Shown piece by piece: positions 24,185-35,700 of a DNA stretch of 64,000 nucleotides (its first letter is position 1; each line of letters opens with the position of its first letter). Position numbers and translations under genes: made by a program. This DNA is from Stegostoma tigrinum (Eukaryota), in assembly GCF_030684315.1 (NCBI RefSeq), contig NC_081370.1, forward strand, positions 16,260,106 through 16,324,105. Direction: 5' to 3'. A model generated the notes under the pieces. The model was not told the origin of the DNA, searched no databases, and saw only the letters and a list, made by a program, of their open reading frames with translations.

Positions 24185-25420
24185 AATGTGATACATAGGA
24201 AGATGGTTGTGGTTGTGGGAGTTCAGTCATCTCAGCTCCAGGACATCGCTGCAGGAGTTCCTCAGTGCCAAATCCTAGGCCCAACCATCTTCAAGTGCTT
24301 CATCAATGATCTTCCCTCCATCATAAGGTCAAAGTGGGGATGTTCACCAATGATTGCACAATGTTCAGCACCATTTGTGATTCTTCAGATACTGAAGCAG
24401 CCCACATCCAAATGCAAGATCTGGACATCTATGCTTGGGCAAACAAGTGGCAAGTAACATTCATGTTGCACAAATGCCAGACGTTGACCATCTCCAATCA
24501 GAGGTAATCCAACCACTGCCCATTAACATTCAATGGTGCTACCATCACTGAATGCACCACTATCAACATCCTTGGGGTTACAATTGACCAGAAACTCAAC
24601 TTGACTCATCACATAAACACGGTGGCTATAAGAGCAGGTCAGATGCTTGGAATACTATAACCAGTAACATACCTCCTGACTCCCCAAAGCCTGTTTACCA
24701 CCTACAAGACACAGGTCAGGAGTGTGATGGAATACTCCCCACTGCCTAGATGAGTGCAGCTTCAACAGCACTCAAGAAGATTGACACAATCCAGGACAAG
24801 CCTCCTGCTTGATTGGCACCATATCCACAAGCATCCACTTCCTCTGCCACTGATGCTCAGTAGCAGCAGTGTGTAACATGTCCAAGATGCCCTGCAGATA
24901 TTCACCAAACATCCTTAGACAGCATGATCCAAACCCATGTCTATCTGGGTGAGGCTGGCAAAGCACAGCAGGTCAGACAGCATCAAAAGAGCAGGAAAGT
25001 CAACGTTTTGGTCCAAAACATTGACTTTCCTGCTCTGATGCTGTCTGACCTGCTGTGCTTTGACAGTCTCAAACCTATAGACTCTGGCTTCCAACATCTT
25101 ATTGTCTCATGTTCTAAACACATGACCACTTCCATCCAGAAAGACAAGGGCAGCAGATATATGGGAACATCACCACCCGCAAGTTCCCCTCCAAGCCACT
25201 CACCATTCTGACTTGAAAATATATCACCGTTTCTTCACTTTCGCTGGTTCAAAATCCAGGAATTCCATCCCTTAAAGGCATTGTGGATCTATCTACAGCA
25301 CATGGACTGCACAGTTCTAGAAGGAGGCTCACCATCACTTTCACAAGGATAACTAGAGACGGGCAAGAAATGCTGGCCCCGCAAGTGACACCCATGTGCC
25401 ATGAGTGAATAAGAATAAAA
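24185..25420 (+). mobile_element. CR1/L2-group LINE 3' part (RT to tail)
   Basis: AGVPQCQILGPTIFKCFINDLP (ORF 24188..24457), ILGVTIDQKLN, YKTQVRSVMEYSP; A-rich end gaataagaataaaa at ~25415. Confidence 0.85.
24940..25112 (+). mobile_element. Penelope-like inverted-repeat micro-insertion inside the LINE
   Basis: Arms ...caaagcacagcaggtcagacagcatc...aggaaagtcaacgttttgg / ccaaaacattgactttcctgctctgatgctgtctgacctgctgtgctttg; TSD-like tccaaacccatg (24928-24939) and tctaaacacatg (25113-25124). Confidence 0.75.
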
Positions 25421-26671
25421 CTGCAGTTACTGGAGTCTCCCGTGCCCATCCCTACATGATGCTTCATGGCCCAAGGTATGAAGTTTTCAGCTGTAGACTG
25501 AGACCTCAGCAACTCTGCTCCATCTTTTCAGATGCATAGATATTGTGATTACCCCACCGGTATTAATGGAGTTCAGTCATTATCCTGCATGAAATGATCA
25601 GGATTGCTCAGTGCCTGGCGTTTCAATGGACACAGTAGGCCACCACCCAAGATGGGGCAGAATGTCAAACTTGCAGGTTGACGTTCAGTGTGTGGGCGTG
25701 TGTCTAATGGTGTTGCCGTTTAAAATGTTTCATGCAGCCCCACCCCTGAAACAATGAAGCACTTGCCCCGGCCATTCCAGGAGTGGTCACAGTCATCTCC
25801 TTTAGCATTGTGCACTTCTGGACACGATGAAAGGCACCTGTGGGCACTCCTCGGACAATGAGTCTCAGGGCTCCAACTCTCTGTGTATGTAAACTCCTCA
25901 TAAACATGTCCATCCTGGGAGCTCTTCATGTCAACCCCAAAGATTTTACACCTCCCATGGTCCCTGCCTAACCTATCTACTTGGTTCTGTGTCTGTCCAT
26001 ATTGCCCCTACCCCGAGCCACATAAGGTTCACACACCAGGCCTGGTAATGCACTGTCCCACAACTTGAAGCCAGTGCCCTGCTCACCGCATGACTCCTTA
26101 CCCTCCAATGCTATTACTCTATCCTGCCCTGATATACTGAGTTGTCCCTCTTCACTTTTGACATTCCCCTGCATTCCAACATTCTGATTCCAATCCCCAT
26201 AATTATGTAGCCAGTCTCCATCCTACAGAACTGGGCCCAAATAACTGCATCCCTTGGCTTTCAATGGACAGACATCTCCATGATGACCATAGGCCACTTC
26301 CTTGAGTGACTTCTCTGGACAACCCCAAACAATGAGCAATCAGGTTCCTGCACGATATCTGCACAGCCCCCTGACTGTCTTCCTGCAACTCCCTAGATTG
26401 GGTGCATTTCACCCATGAGACTGACTGAGATCTGCTCCCTGGACTGCAGAGATACAGACCTCCAACAATAACCAGTGCATCCAGATGTCTGACAATGCCC
26501 AAGCCCAAGTGCAAGCCCATGGACTGACCGGGAGGCTGTCCTTGTCTATGTCAGGAAACCTGTGACTGATGCCAACTCTCCAGACCTTGGTCTTAGATGG
26601 TGAGGCACGGCTGTTGGCTTACAGCATGTAGCGGTCACCACGTAAGCTACAGGCATATGGTGCAGGTGTGA

Positions 26672-27455
26672 GGTAACAAAGTGTGGAGCTGGATGAACAC
26701 AGCATGTTAGCAGGAGAGGGTTCTGAAATAAATAGGGAGAGAGGGGGAGGCGGACTGAAGATGGATAGAGGAGAAGATAGGTGGAGAGGAGAATATAGGT
26801 GGGGAGGTAGGGAGGGGATAGGTCAGTCGGGGAGGACAGACAGGTCAAGGGGGCAGGATGAGGTTAGTAGGTGGGAAATGGAGGTGCGGTTTGAGGTGGG
26901 AGGAGGGGATAGGTGAGAGGAAGAACAGGTTAGGGAGGCGGGGATGAGCTGGGCTGGTTTTGGGATGCAGTAGGGGGAGGGGATGAGCCGGGCTGGTTTT
27001 GGGATGCAGTGGGGGAGGGGGAGATTTTGAAGCTTGTGAAATCCACATTGATACCATTGGGCTGCGGGGTTCCCAAGTAGAAAATGAGTTGCTGTTCCTG
27101 CAACCTTGGGGTGGCATCATTGTGGCACTGCAGGAGGCCCTGGATGGACATGTCATCTAAGGAATGGGAGGGGGAGTTAAGATGGTTCGCGACTGGGTGG
27201 TGCAGTCCCTATCCCCTCCCTACCTCCCCAACTATACTCCCCTCTCCACCTATCTTCTCCTCTATCCATCTTCGGTCCGCCTCCCCCCTCTCCCTATTTA
27301 TTTCAGAACCCTCTCCCCATCCCCCTCTCTGATGAAGGGTCTAGGCCTGAAATGTCAGCTTTTGTGCTCCTAAGATGATGCTTGGCCTGCTGTGTTCATC
27401 CAGCTCCACACTTTGTTATCTTGGACTCTCCAGCATCTGCAGTTCCCGTTACCTC
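26672..27455 (+). mobile_element. Penelope-like inverted insertion (GIY-YIG C-terminus + pLTRs)
   Basis: Minus arm 26672-~27204 (ORF 26930..27151 SIQGLLQCHNDATPRLQEQQLIF), plus arm ~27205-27420 and 35-nt tail; TSD tggtgcaggtgtga (26658-26671) / tggtgcagatgtga (27456-27469). Confidence 0.9.
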
Positions 27456-28149
27456 TGGTGCAGATGTGAACCGTTCATCAACAAGTCAACCTCCATGACT
27501 GACAGCTGCTGATAACATGATGAGCTGCATGGCTTTCTGTTTCTGCTTAGAGACAAGCCTCTGTGGAACAGTTCAGTGAGCCTAATGGCTCTGAGTGAGG
27601 AGGAAAAGCCCTCAAGGCGAGGCTGTGAGCATGCAGTTATGTGCTAAGTGAGTGAGCACTGAGAAAGCTGAGGTGAACCCTGACCCAGTCTGTGAGCTGG
27701 GTGCCTGTTCCTGTGTGTAAACTCAGCTTTGCAATGAGAAGTGCCTGAGCAGCCCAAAGTGCAGAAGTGTAATGTGAGTCAGATAGCAAGATCCATGGAC
27801 ATGGGCCTGTGGCTGCTGTCAGGAATTCTTATTGTCTGGTTTCTGTCTGGCATGTGGCAGAATAGAAAGCTGCTTATTAATGTGAGTGATAATGAGCAGC
27901 AATTCCCGTTAATAGGCATCTCGCCATCACTAACAAGAATCCTGTCCAAACATCCGGAACTTAATTGGAAAATGTGACTTGTTGCTCCCAACATCAAGAA
28001 AGGCTGTTCTGGACTTCTTATGTAATTCTCCCAGATTTTGCACCACAGTCTATGTCATTCAGGGCCCTATACGATTCTCCCCTGTGTATATTCAGAGCAT
28101 TTTAAATCTAAAATGTATTTTCTTTCTAGTACCCAATGATTCAGTGAAT

Positions 28150-28460
28150 CAATGTGACGTGGTGTCAAGTAATGCAGATCAGGGAGGAGCAAGTTTCAAT
28201 CTGTGTTGAAGTAGTGGATCTCTGAAAAAGCACAAGGACGAGTGTAACTAATAGTTTCTGTACCTCTGGACTTGGCTTAATTTAGAATTCCCACACTTAA
28301 CATCCCCATATTATAGATATGCAAGTGGAGATATTGAGTCTGATTGTGAATATGCAACAGGAGATGTTGGATGAGGATCAGGCTTTTCTAGGATCTCCTC
28401 CACAATTCAATAACCTGCTACACGCTCACAGCTTATGCTAAGGTTCTCAAATAGCCAATC
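28150..28460 (+). mobile_element. LF-SINE-like ancient SINE relic
   Basis: tctgtgttgaagtagtggatctc and gatgaggatcaggct...ccacaattcaataacctgctacacgctcac resemble the LF-SINE consensus as recalled; a second weaker copy at ~50480-50800. Confidence 0.4.
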
Positions 28461-29419
28461 AGAATCCATTTCCTGTCTACGAAACAAACCTATATCTCAC
28501 TGCAGGATGCATTTATTGGCTGCTGAAGTGACAGTGAAAGAACATCAATTTGTCCTTTTCCAGTCTTGCTCATCTATTCCGAAGCTGAAAACTAACATGT
28601 GAAAACAAAGGTGTCAAGGAAAGCAAGTGCAAAAGTTATTGATGGGGAGTCATAGACATGGTAAATCATTGAGAAATTGGAAATCACTGGGAACAGCTGG
28701 AGGAAGTAACCAGGAGAATTAGAGCAAGAAGACGGATAGAGAATCATAAGGAAAGAGTAACCGAAATATTAGTATGAAAACTGCAATTTATGTTCTAATT
28801 ATCACCTAAATCTAAGGCACTGAAAGTTTCTGGAAGAATTTATTCCTGTTCATTTTCCTCGAATTTTCATGTTACAGACTGTTGCCAAACTATAGCAATT
28901 TTCTCTCATGCAAGGTGATGTCTAAAGACAGGAAGCAGGACTGAGTTCTTTAAATTAAGAATAAACTGCGATGAATATCCAGCAAGGCAACTTGAAATAG
29001 TCCTGGAAAAGAATTGCAAGCTGATTGAACCAAATCACTGTAAGATTTTGATGTTACAGATGGAGAAAAGCCAGTTTAATTGGATAAGAGCTGCAAGGGC
29101 TGGTCTGCAAGGACCATACCATGAAGGCACACACATGTGATTTGGTGGCCAGTACTTCAGAAGTATTTGTTGTGTCAGGTGAGGCAAGGAGTTTCCTTCA
29201 AGCTAACATCCCGCGCAGTCTCCAATGTGGCAGCTATACAGAGAGGGGCCTCATAATATGCAAGTCCATGGAGACCCAAGGACATTGAAATCCCAGCAAG
29301 TAGCAAAGTGATAAGCTGCAGCTTAACCTACACATTCATTATTTCCCCAAAGTAAACTTTTCGGTGGAAAAGATAGGCTAGGTGCTACACTCAAGCAGAA
29401 CAATAATATAAGGAGTAAT

Positions 29420-29735
29420 ATTCAACAAAGTCCCATACAGAAGATTATTAGCTAAGGTGGAAAGCCTTGGAATTGAGGGCAAACTACTGACATGAACAGG
29501 AAATTGGTTGAATGGCAGTAAACAGGGGTTTGGAACCTTCTCCTCAAATGGCAGTCAATACTAATTCAATTGTTAAATTTAAGACTGACATAGACAAATT
29601 TTAATTAAGCAAGGTATCAAGGGATATGGGCCTAAAGCAGGCAAATGGAGTTAGATCACAGATGCGCCATGATCTTACTGAGTGGCAGAGTTACTTGTGA
29701 GGCTGAATGACCTGCTCTTGTTCCTATGCTCCTAA
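29420..29735 (+). mobile_element. CR1 fragment with internal deletion
   Basis: FNKVPYRRLLAKVE.LGIEG...GNWL, then tail ggctgaatgacctgctcttgttcctatg. Confidence 0.7.
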
Positions 29736-30169
29736 CATTGGGAACTTGAGCTGCCAGTCCTAACAGGTATTAGGCTACAAGAAAACCATAGCCCTCATTT
29801 TGATTTGACCTTTGTGTTAATCATTTATTTGTCATTAGAATAGATATTTTATTTTAAACACTGAGACGGCAGAAATGGCAGGAAACAGACACGAGTTACA
29901 CAGCTATGCACATGATCTTAACTTGTCAGTTAGATGCCCATATATCATGGAGTAAACCAACTGTATGTAAATAACTCACACTCAAGAGCTCTCATGGTAG
30001 AGGGTGGGGAAGGGGGCTGGTGAGGTTTGGTGAGAGTGAAGGGTTCATTTACCGCTATAGTTGCTAAAGAGACCACCTACACAGCTGTAAATAAATTCAC
30101 TGCTGCCAACTTTACTTCCCGGAACCTTTTCCGTAATAGTTCTGGAGCACTGCCAAAACTGGCCATATT

Positions 30170-30375
30170 TTCCAAATTCTGCTTTACTGATGCCTCCCTG
30201 ATGTGCTGCAGGAGGCAATGAGAGTAGGAGAGATTATTTTCCCAAGCAATGGGAGCAAGATGCCTGCAGTTGATGAATGTGTGGTTGGAGAGCACAAAAC
30301 ACACCAGCAGCAGGAATGTGGTGCTCTGCTTCAGTGTAGAAAGCAGTTTAATGACCTAAGAGGACAGGCAGTGTC
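30170..30375 (+). pseudogene. Second Harbinger Myb/SANT-like domain relic
   Basis: FTDASL / LQEAMRVGEIIFPSNGSK ... LQCRKQFNDL (ORFs 30027..30221 and 30203..30385), frameshifted. Confidence 0.65.
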
Positions 30376-30789
30376 AGCTCATTAGCATATTCTCCTACAT
30401 CCTGCAGCGTATTCTCTAACCATCTCGATTGCATTCTCCTCATTATTCCATAACAGACCTCACTTACCTTGCAGGTCCACTCATCCTCTCCTGTCCAAAC
30501 ATTTGCCCATAGTCTTCTCTATCCATCAACCATGAGCAAACACGGGTTGCCTGGTAGGTCAGAAAGAAGCTCTGAGCATCCCAAGCATTTAATGCCACAG
30601 TTCCATGAGGTGTATTGACCACCCGCCCCTTCTTCAGTTGCCATTCTGTTCTTGTCTTGCTTTCATTGGTTAAATTTCAGGGAGCCCAGCAAACCTATGG
30701 ACCTGAATAAAAATCAGAAATTGCTGAAGAAACTCAGCAGATCTAGCAGCATCTATGGGAAGAAAGCAGAGTTAATGTTTCCTACCCTT

Positions 30790-31950
30790 TAGTAAAGCCT
30801 TTGACAAGGATCCACGGTAGACTATCTAGCAAAGCTAGGTCACATGGGATTCAGGGTGAGCTTACCAATTTGATACAGAATTGGTTTCATGGCAGGAGAC
30901 AGAGAGTAATGGTGGAGGGTTGCTGTTTGGACTGGAGGCCTGTGACTAGTGGTATTCCACAGGGATTGGTTTTGGGGCCATTTTTGTTTGTCATTTATAT
31001 AAATGATTTGGATGTGGGTATAGAAAGCATGGTCAGCAAGTTTGTGGCCAACACCAAAATTGGTGGCACAGTAGACAGTGAAGAAGGTTTTCTAAAATTA
31101 CAAAGGGGCTGTGATCAAATGGGTCAATGGGCTGAAAAATGGCAGATGGAGTCCAATCTGGATAAGTGCAAGGTATTGCATTTTGGTACAACAAATAAGG
31201 GTAAGGCTTATACAATTAATGGTTTGGCCTTGGGTAGAGTTGTAGAACAAAAGCACCTAGGGGTGTAGGTACATAATTCTTTAAAGTTTGTGTCACGTAT
31301 AGACAGGGTGGTTAAAAAAGGCATTTTGCACACTTGCCTTCATTGCTCAGTACTTTGAGTATAGGAGTTGGGATATCATGTTGAGGATGTACAGGACATT
31401 GGTCAAGACTCTTCTGGAAAACTCTATCCTGTTCTGGTCACCCTGCCATAGAAAGGATATTTCTAAGCTGGAGAAGGTTCAGAAGAGATTTACCAGGAGA
31501 TTGCCAGATATGGAAGGTTTGAGTTATAAGGAAAGGCTGGATAAGCTGGAACTTTTTTCATTGGAATGTAGGACGTTGAGAGGTGACCTGGTAGAAGTAT
31601 AAAATAAAGAGAGGTTTAGATAGATTTGATGTTGTTGCCTTTTCTCTAAGATGGGGAAATTCAAGACTAGGGAGCACATTTTTAAGGTGTGAGGAGAGAG
31701 ATTTAAAAAAGACATAAGAGGCAAATATTTTTGCACAGAGGGTGGTTTGCATGTGAAATTAACTTCCTGAGGAAGTGGTGGATGTGGGTACAATTGCAAC
31801 TTTGGATGGCTATATGTCTAGGAAAAGTTTAAGAGGGATATTGGCCAGGGGCAGGAAGGTGGGGCTAGTTTAGTTTGGGACTATGTTCGGCTTGGACTGG
31901 TTTGACTGAAGGGTCTGTTTCCGTGCTGTATAACCCTATGACTACGACTG
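30790..31950 (+). mobile_element. CR1/HER1-type LINE 3' portion, preceded by an old Penelope pLTR arm (30705-30782)
   Basis: WRPVTSGIPQGLVLGPFLFVIYINDLD, WQME.N.DKCKVLHFG, LEKVQKRFTR...RGDLVEV; tail ctgtttccgtgctgtataaccctatgact. Confidence 0.92.
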
Positions 31951-32322
31951 TATAGCCCAGTGACTCCTGTGGGCCTAATGTTTAATTCAGAAGTGGGTTG
32001 AATAACTACTCTACTTCTGGTACCCCCTCTTCCCTAGCCCCAACCCACATGTACTAAAACCAGCGTGTTCCCTAATGTTATAATTAATCCTGTAATGCCT
32101 CATGGGGCATTTCCATATTGCAGTGCAGCACATTTCCAAGCTTCAACTTATAATAGGAATTCTTGCTGGACTTACATCTTGACCCTAGTTAGATATATAA
32201 TTTATAGATATGAGTAGAACTAATGCATAACATGGAGTCATAGAGTCCTACAGCAACAAACAGGCCCTATGGCCCACCATGTCTATGCTAATGGACACAC
32301 CAAGCTACACTTATCCTATTTA

Positions 32323-32425
32323 GAGACAGTGGAGAAGAAGAGTCCAAACCCAAAATGTCAGCTTTCCTGCTCCTCTGATGCTGTTTGGCCTGCTGTGTTC
32401 ATCCAGCTCTACGCCTTGTTATCAT
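32323..32425 (+). mobile_element. Penelope-like pLTR micro-insertion in a minus-strand CR1 3' end (32232-32540)
   Basis: Perfect 12-bp TSD ttatcctattta (32311-32322 / 32426-32437); content is gagacagt (tail remnant) + decayed hammerhead gaagaagagtccaaacccaaaatgtc + pLTR ending ccttgttatc. Confidence 0.8.
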
Positions 32426-32574
32426 TTATCCTATTTACCTGCATTTGGTCTATAACCTGCTATGTTCTGGCATCTTAAGTGCTTTTTAAAGTTTTAAAAA
32501 ATTTCAAATTGTTATAAGAGTTCCGAGGCAGAGGTCTGAAATTTATTCCACAGCACCACTAATGATTGCATCTT

Positions 32575-32705
32575 ATCACTTCACCTGACAAATGAACAGA
32601 GCTCCAAAAGCTTGTGATTTCAAATAAACCTGCTGGACTACAACCTGGTATCATGTGATTTCTGACTTTGTCCAATCCAGTCCAACACTGATACCTCCAC
32701 ATCAT
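32575..32705 (+). mobile_element. Penelope-like pLTR, third family, decayed hammerhead
   Basis: cacctgacaaatgaacagagctccaaaagcttg (CTGAnGA...GAAAGCTT-like) followed by aataaacctgctggactacaacctgg...ccagtccaacac. Confidence 0.55.
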
Positions 32706-35700
32706 GTTGGTAGCTGAGAGAGCTGAAAATAACAGGAGAACCCAATTCTGATCACTTCCAGCAGAGCCCACACAGATCGTCATGTTTTTACATGTCCATG
32801 AGGGATATCCTGTGGTGGGCACATGCAGAATGGGCAGATCATGAAATCAAACATGAGCTAATGCTGCATTAGTACCCAACATGGCATCACAGGCTATATT
32901 AACACCATCTCTTAAACACTCCAAACTGAATATGTGTTTAACAATACAAGGGATACCTCTCCACTTAACATCCTTATCTGCTCTTTCAAGGCATGAGCAT
33001 GAGACTTTTCAGTAAAGTGTTCACTTGTCGTCCTTATTTTGCTGCAGAGTGAGGAGAAACTCAGTGTTGGAGGAGTTTGAAAGAAAGAAATTCAAGTCCA
33101 AAGGGACTGATGCTGGACTTTGTCAAGGGGGTTTGAGTCTTGACAGTAGAAAGCCTGCTGTCCCTTTTGAACTGCAGTGTGACAGGGACATGCACCACAG
33201 TGATGGGAACTGCACATTAAAGAGAAAGAGGAGAGCTCTCAATAAAAGATCTATCCATTAAAGGGCCTCAGAGGACACTTCTCTTAACTCCATCTCAGCC
33301 AGGAGGTTTCATCAAAGAGGTGATTACTGAGCTGTGCTGTCTTGTCCAACTCAACATGTAGGATAGAGCAGGACAATGACAGCAACCCTTTCACTGGCCA
33401 ATGAAGATCATTCTCAATTTCCACACATGTGGATCCTTCTACTTGGGAGTCAACGACATCACTAAAACCCGTTACCATGCATTACTATATCAGAGATAAT
33501 TCGGGCCTGCCAATGCACCATGTATCTCTATGTTAATCCCCATCATGGGTGTGATTTGAATTACCTGCAGCAGAATTCATCCGAGATCTCTCCCTCTTGG
33601 ATTTGGCACACACACCAACCCTTTGTCCTGGCTTGGTTGAAGCTCACTATGTTTGGTGACTGATCATGTGCAGATCCCACTGCTGTACTCTCCACTAATT
33701 TCTGAGCTCACAGCTGTGAATGTCAGATAAAGTGGCAATGTTTTGCAACTCTTTGTTGTGAGGCTGCACTCATTGGAGAAGCAGCCAATCTTGCCTATAT
33801 GAAAATGAAAGATGAGGATTAGGGTGAGATGTAAAGTGTGGACAGAAAGCAAGATGTCCATGGTCACACCATCTGCATTTTGCACTTCATATCAGACAGC
33901 AGGATGAGGATGAGGTGAGATTGAGAAGATTCACAAGGGCAATGATGGGTGCATCGGCCTCATGCAAACTCTGCCAGGCCCACATGTGAAACACTAGCCT
34001 CTCCAAGGGTCTCTAGAGATGCAGGCATATGACTAGAGCCAGTTCTCTGTTGCTTTCTCCTATTATGTGTGACCTCGTCATAATAAAAAGATGGAAGACA
34101 ATAATGAAGTGTTTTGCAATGTGTTTGGATGATGTGCCACAACTGAACTCCTGGAAGAATGTGATAGCTGTGAGATTTGGCTGTGAGGCTGGCAACATTG
34201 CTGAGTGCACGGAACATCTACGTTAGCCGTGAATTATGTTTGCTGAATGGTGAGTGCCACATTAAGCCACATGAGAGGTTGGTAGTGCGGAGATATCATT
34301 TTGCTGACCAGCATCGCTCCTATGAAAATGTTGAATTTATTTTACAGAACTGCAACGAAATCCTTAAAGCCAGGCTCCTGGAATTCCCTGAGTTGGCCAC
34401 ATCCTGTCAATTCTTTATTCCTTGAGGGTTTCCTGAAGGCCTGTGTAGACAAGATCGCTCACCTCTTTTTGACCTCCTGCTCTAAAGCTTTCAATACTGC
34501 ATGAGGGAGCCTGGGAATCCTCACTCTTCCAATTGCTCCATTGATTGTCTTCTCCCTTAAAGTTTTTCTTTAAGTCTGCATAGTAATTGTGCCTCACCTT
34601 TCAGAGGGCCAGGGTACCTTTAGGAAGTACAGGCTAACCATTCAGAGAACAGGCCCCTTGTTGAGTTTGTGAAGTCTGAGTGCTGCCTGTACCACTTTGA
34701 GTCTCTGCAGGGTGACTATTAGCACAACAAGGTTTTTATGAAGGTTAAAACTTTAATATAGTTAATATTTAATATAGTTTAATATAGAATAATAGTACAG
34801 TTTAATATAGAATAAATGTACTGTGTAGAATTGCCCTTGTATATTATCTGGTTGATGCAGCATCTCAAATACCTCCTCCAGTTTTGTTTTTATCAAATGC
34901 TGAGTCATACGGGAGCTCTCGAGAAGTTTCAGGAAAGGACCACAGGGTTAGTAATCTAATTTAAATACCCTTTTTTTATATAAACTGACTTTTTATATTT
35001 TTGTAAAACATAGACTTTGGGAGGTTTCATTTGAGATATTTGAAATAACAAAGAGACTAGACAATGTCTGCATTATTAGACTAGTTGAATTAGATAGACT
35101 GGGGAGAATGAGAGGACGTGTTTTGGGCACACAGAAATGACAAGACTTTGGGAGGCTTTCTTTCCATATAGAGCCATTGTCAGTTGACGGAATAAGTGCA
35201 CTTTCCCTGAAAATATTCAAAAATGAGCTTGCTGAAGCTGATGTCACTGTGTACTCAAGGTTGGTGGAATGTCAGACCAATGCATCTCATGTCTCCATGG
35301 TATAAAATAAAGTTATAGCCAATCTGGAGAAAGTGCAAAATAAAATTCACAAGCGTGAAATCAGAATTTATACTTGTTAGGAAGGTTAGAGCAAGCTGGG
35401 CCTCTGAGGAAAGAAAACATTGGCAGTTGAGCTGATTCTAAAGGGTTTAACAGGTTACAGGCAGAAGCTCACAGCCATAACCAGACTAAGGGCCATAAAT
35501 ATAAATTGGTTTCTAATAATTTCAGGGGCACTCTACTAAGAGAGTGATAAGACTGTGAAACTCTACCATAAGGAGCAGTTATAGTGATGAGCACAGAAAC
35601 ATTTACAAAATAGCTTGATAAACACATGAGGAAGAAATAAATAGACGATATGTTGTTGAGATGAAGTAGTGGCTTGTGTGGAGCAATGATGCTGCCATGA

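Larger units (their letters stand above)
21838..28082. mobile_element. Degenerate PIF/Harbinger DNA transposon (Myb/SANT gene +, putative nuclease relic -) with nested retroelements
   Basis: Candidate TIRs gggtggaatatgtagggc (21838-21855) and gccctatacgattctcccc (28064-28082); Myb relic at 22120-22418; HMPVAYVVTAT (cf. HARBI-type MPVAxKVTAA) on minus at ~26630-26660. Confidence 0.55.
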
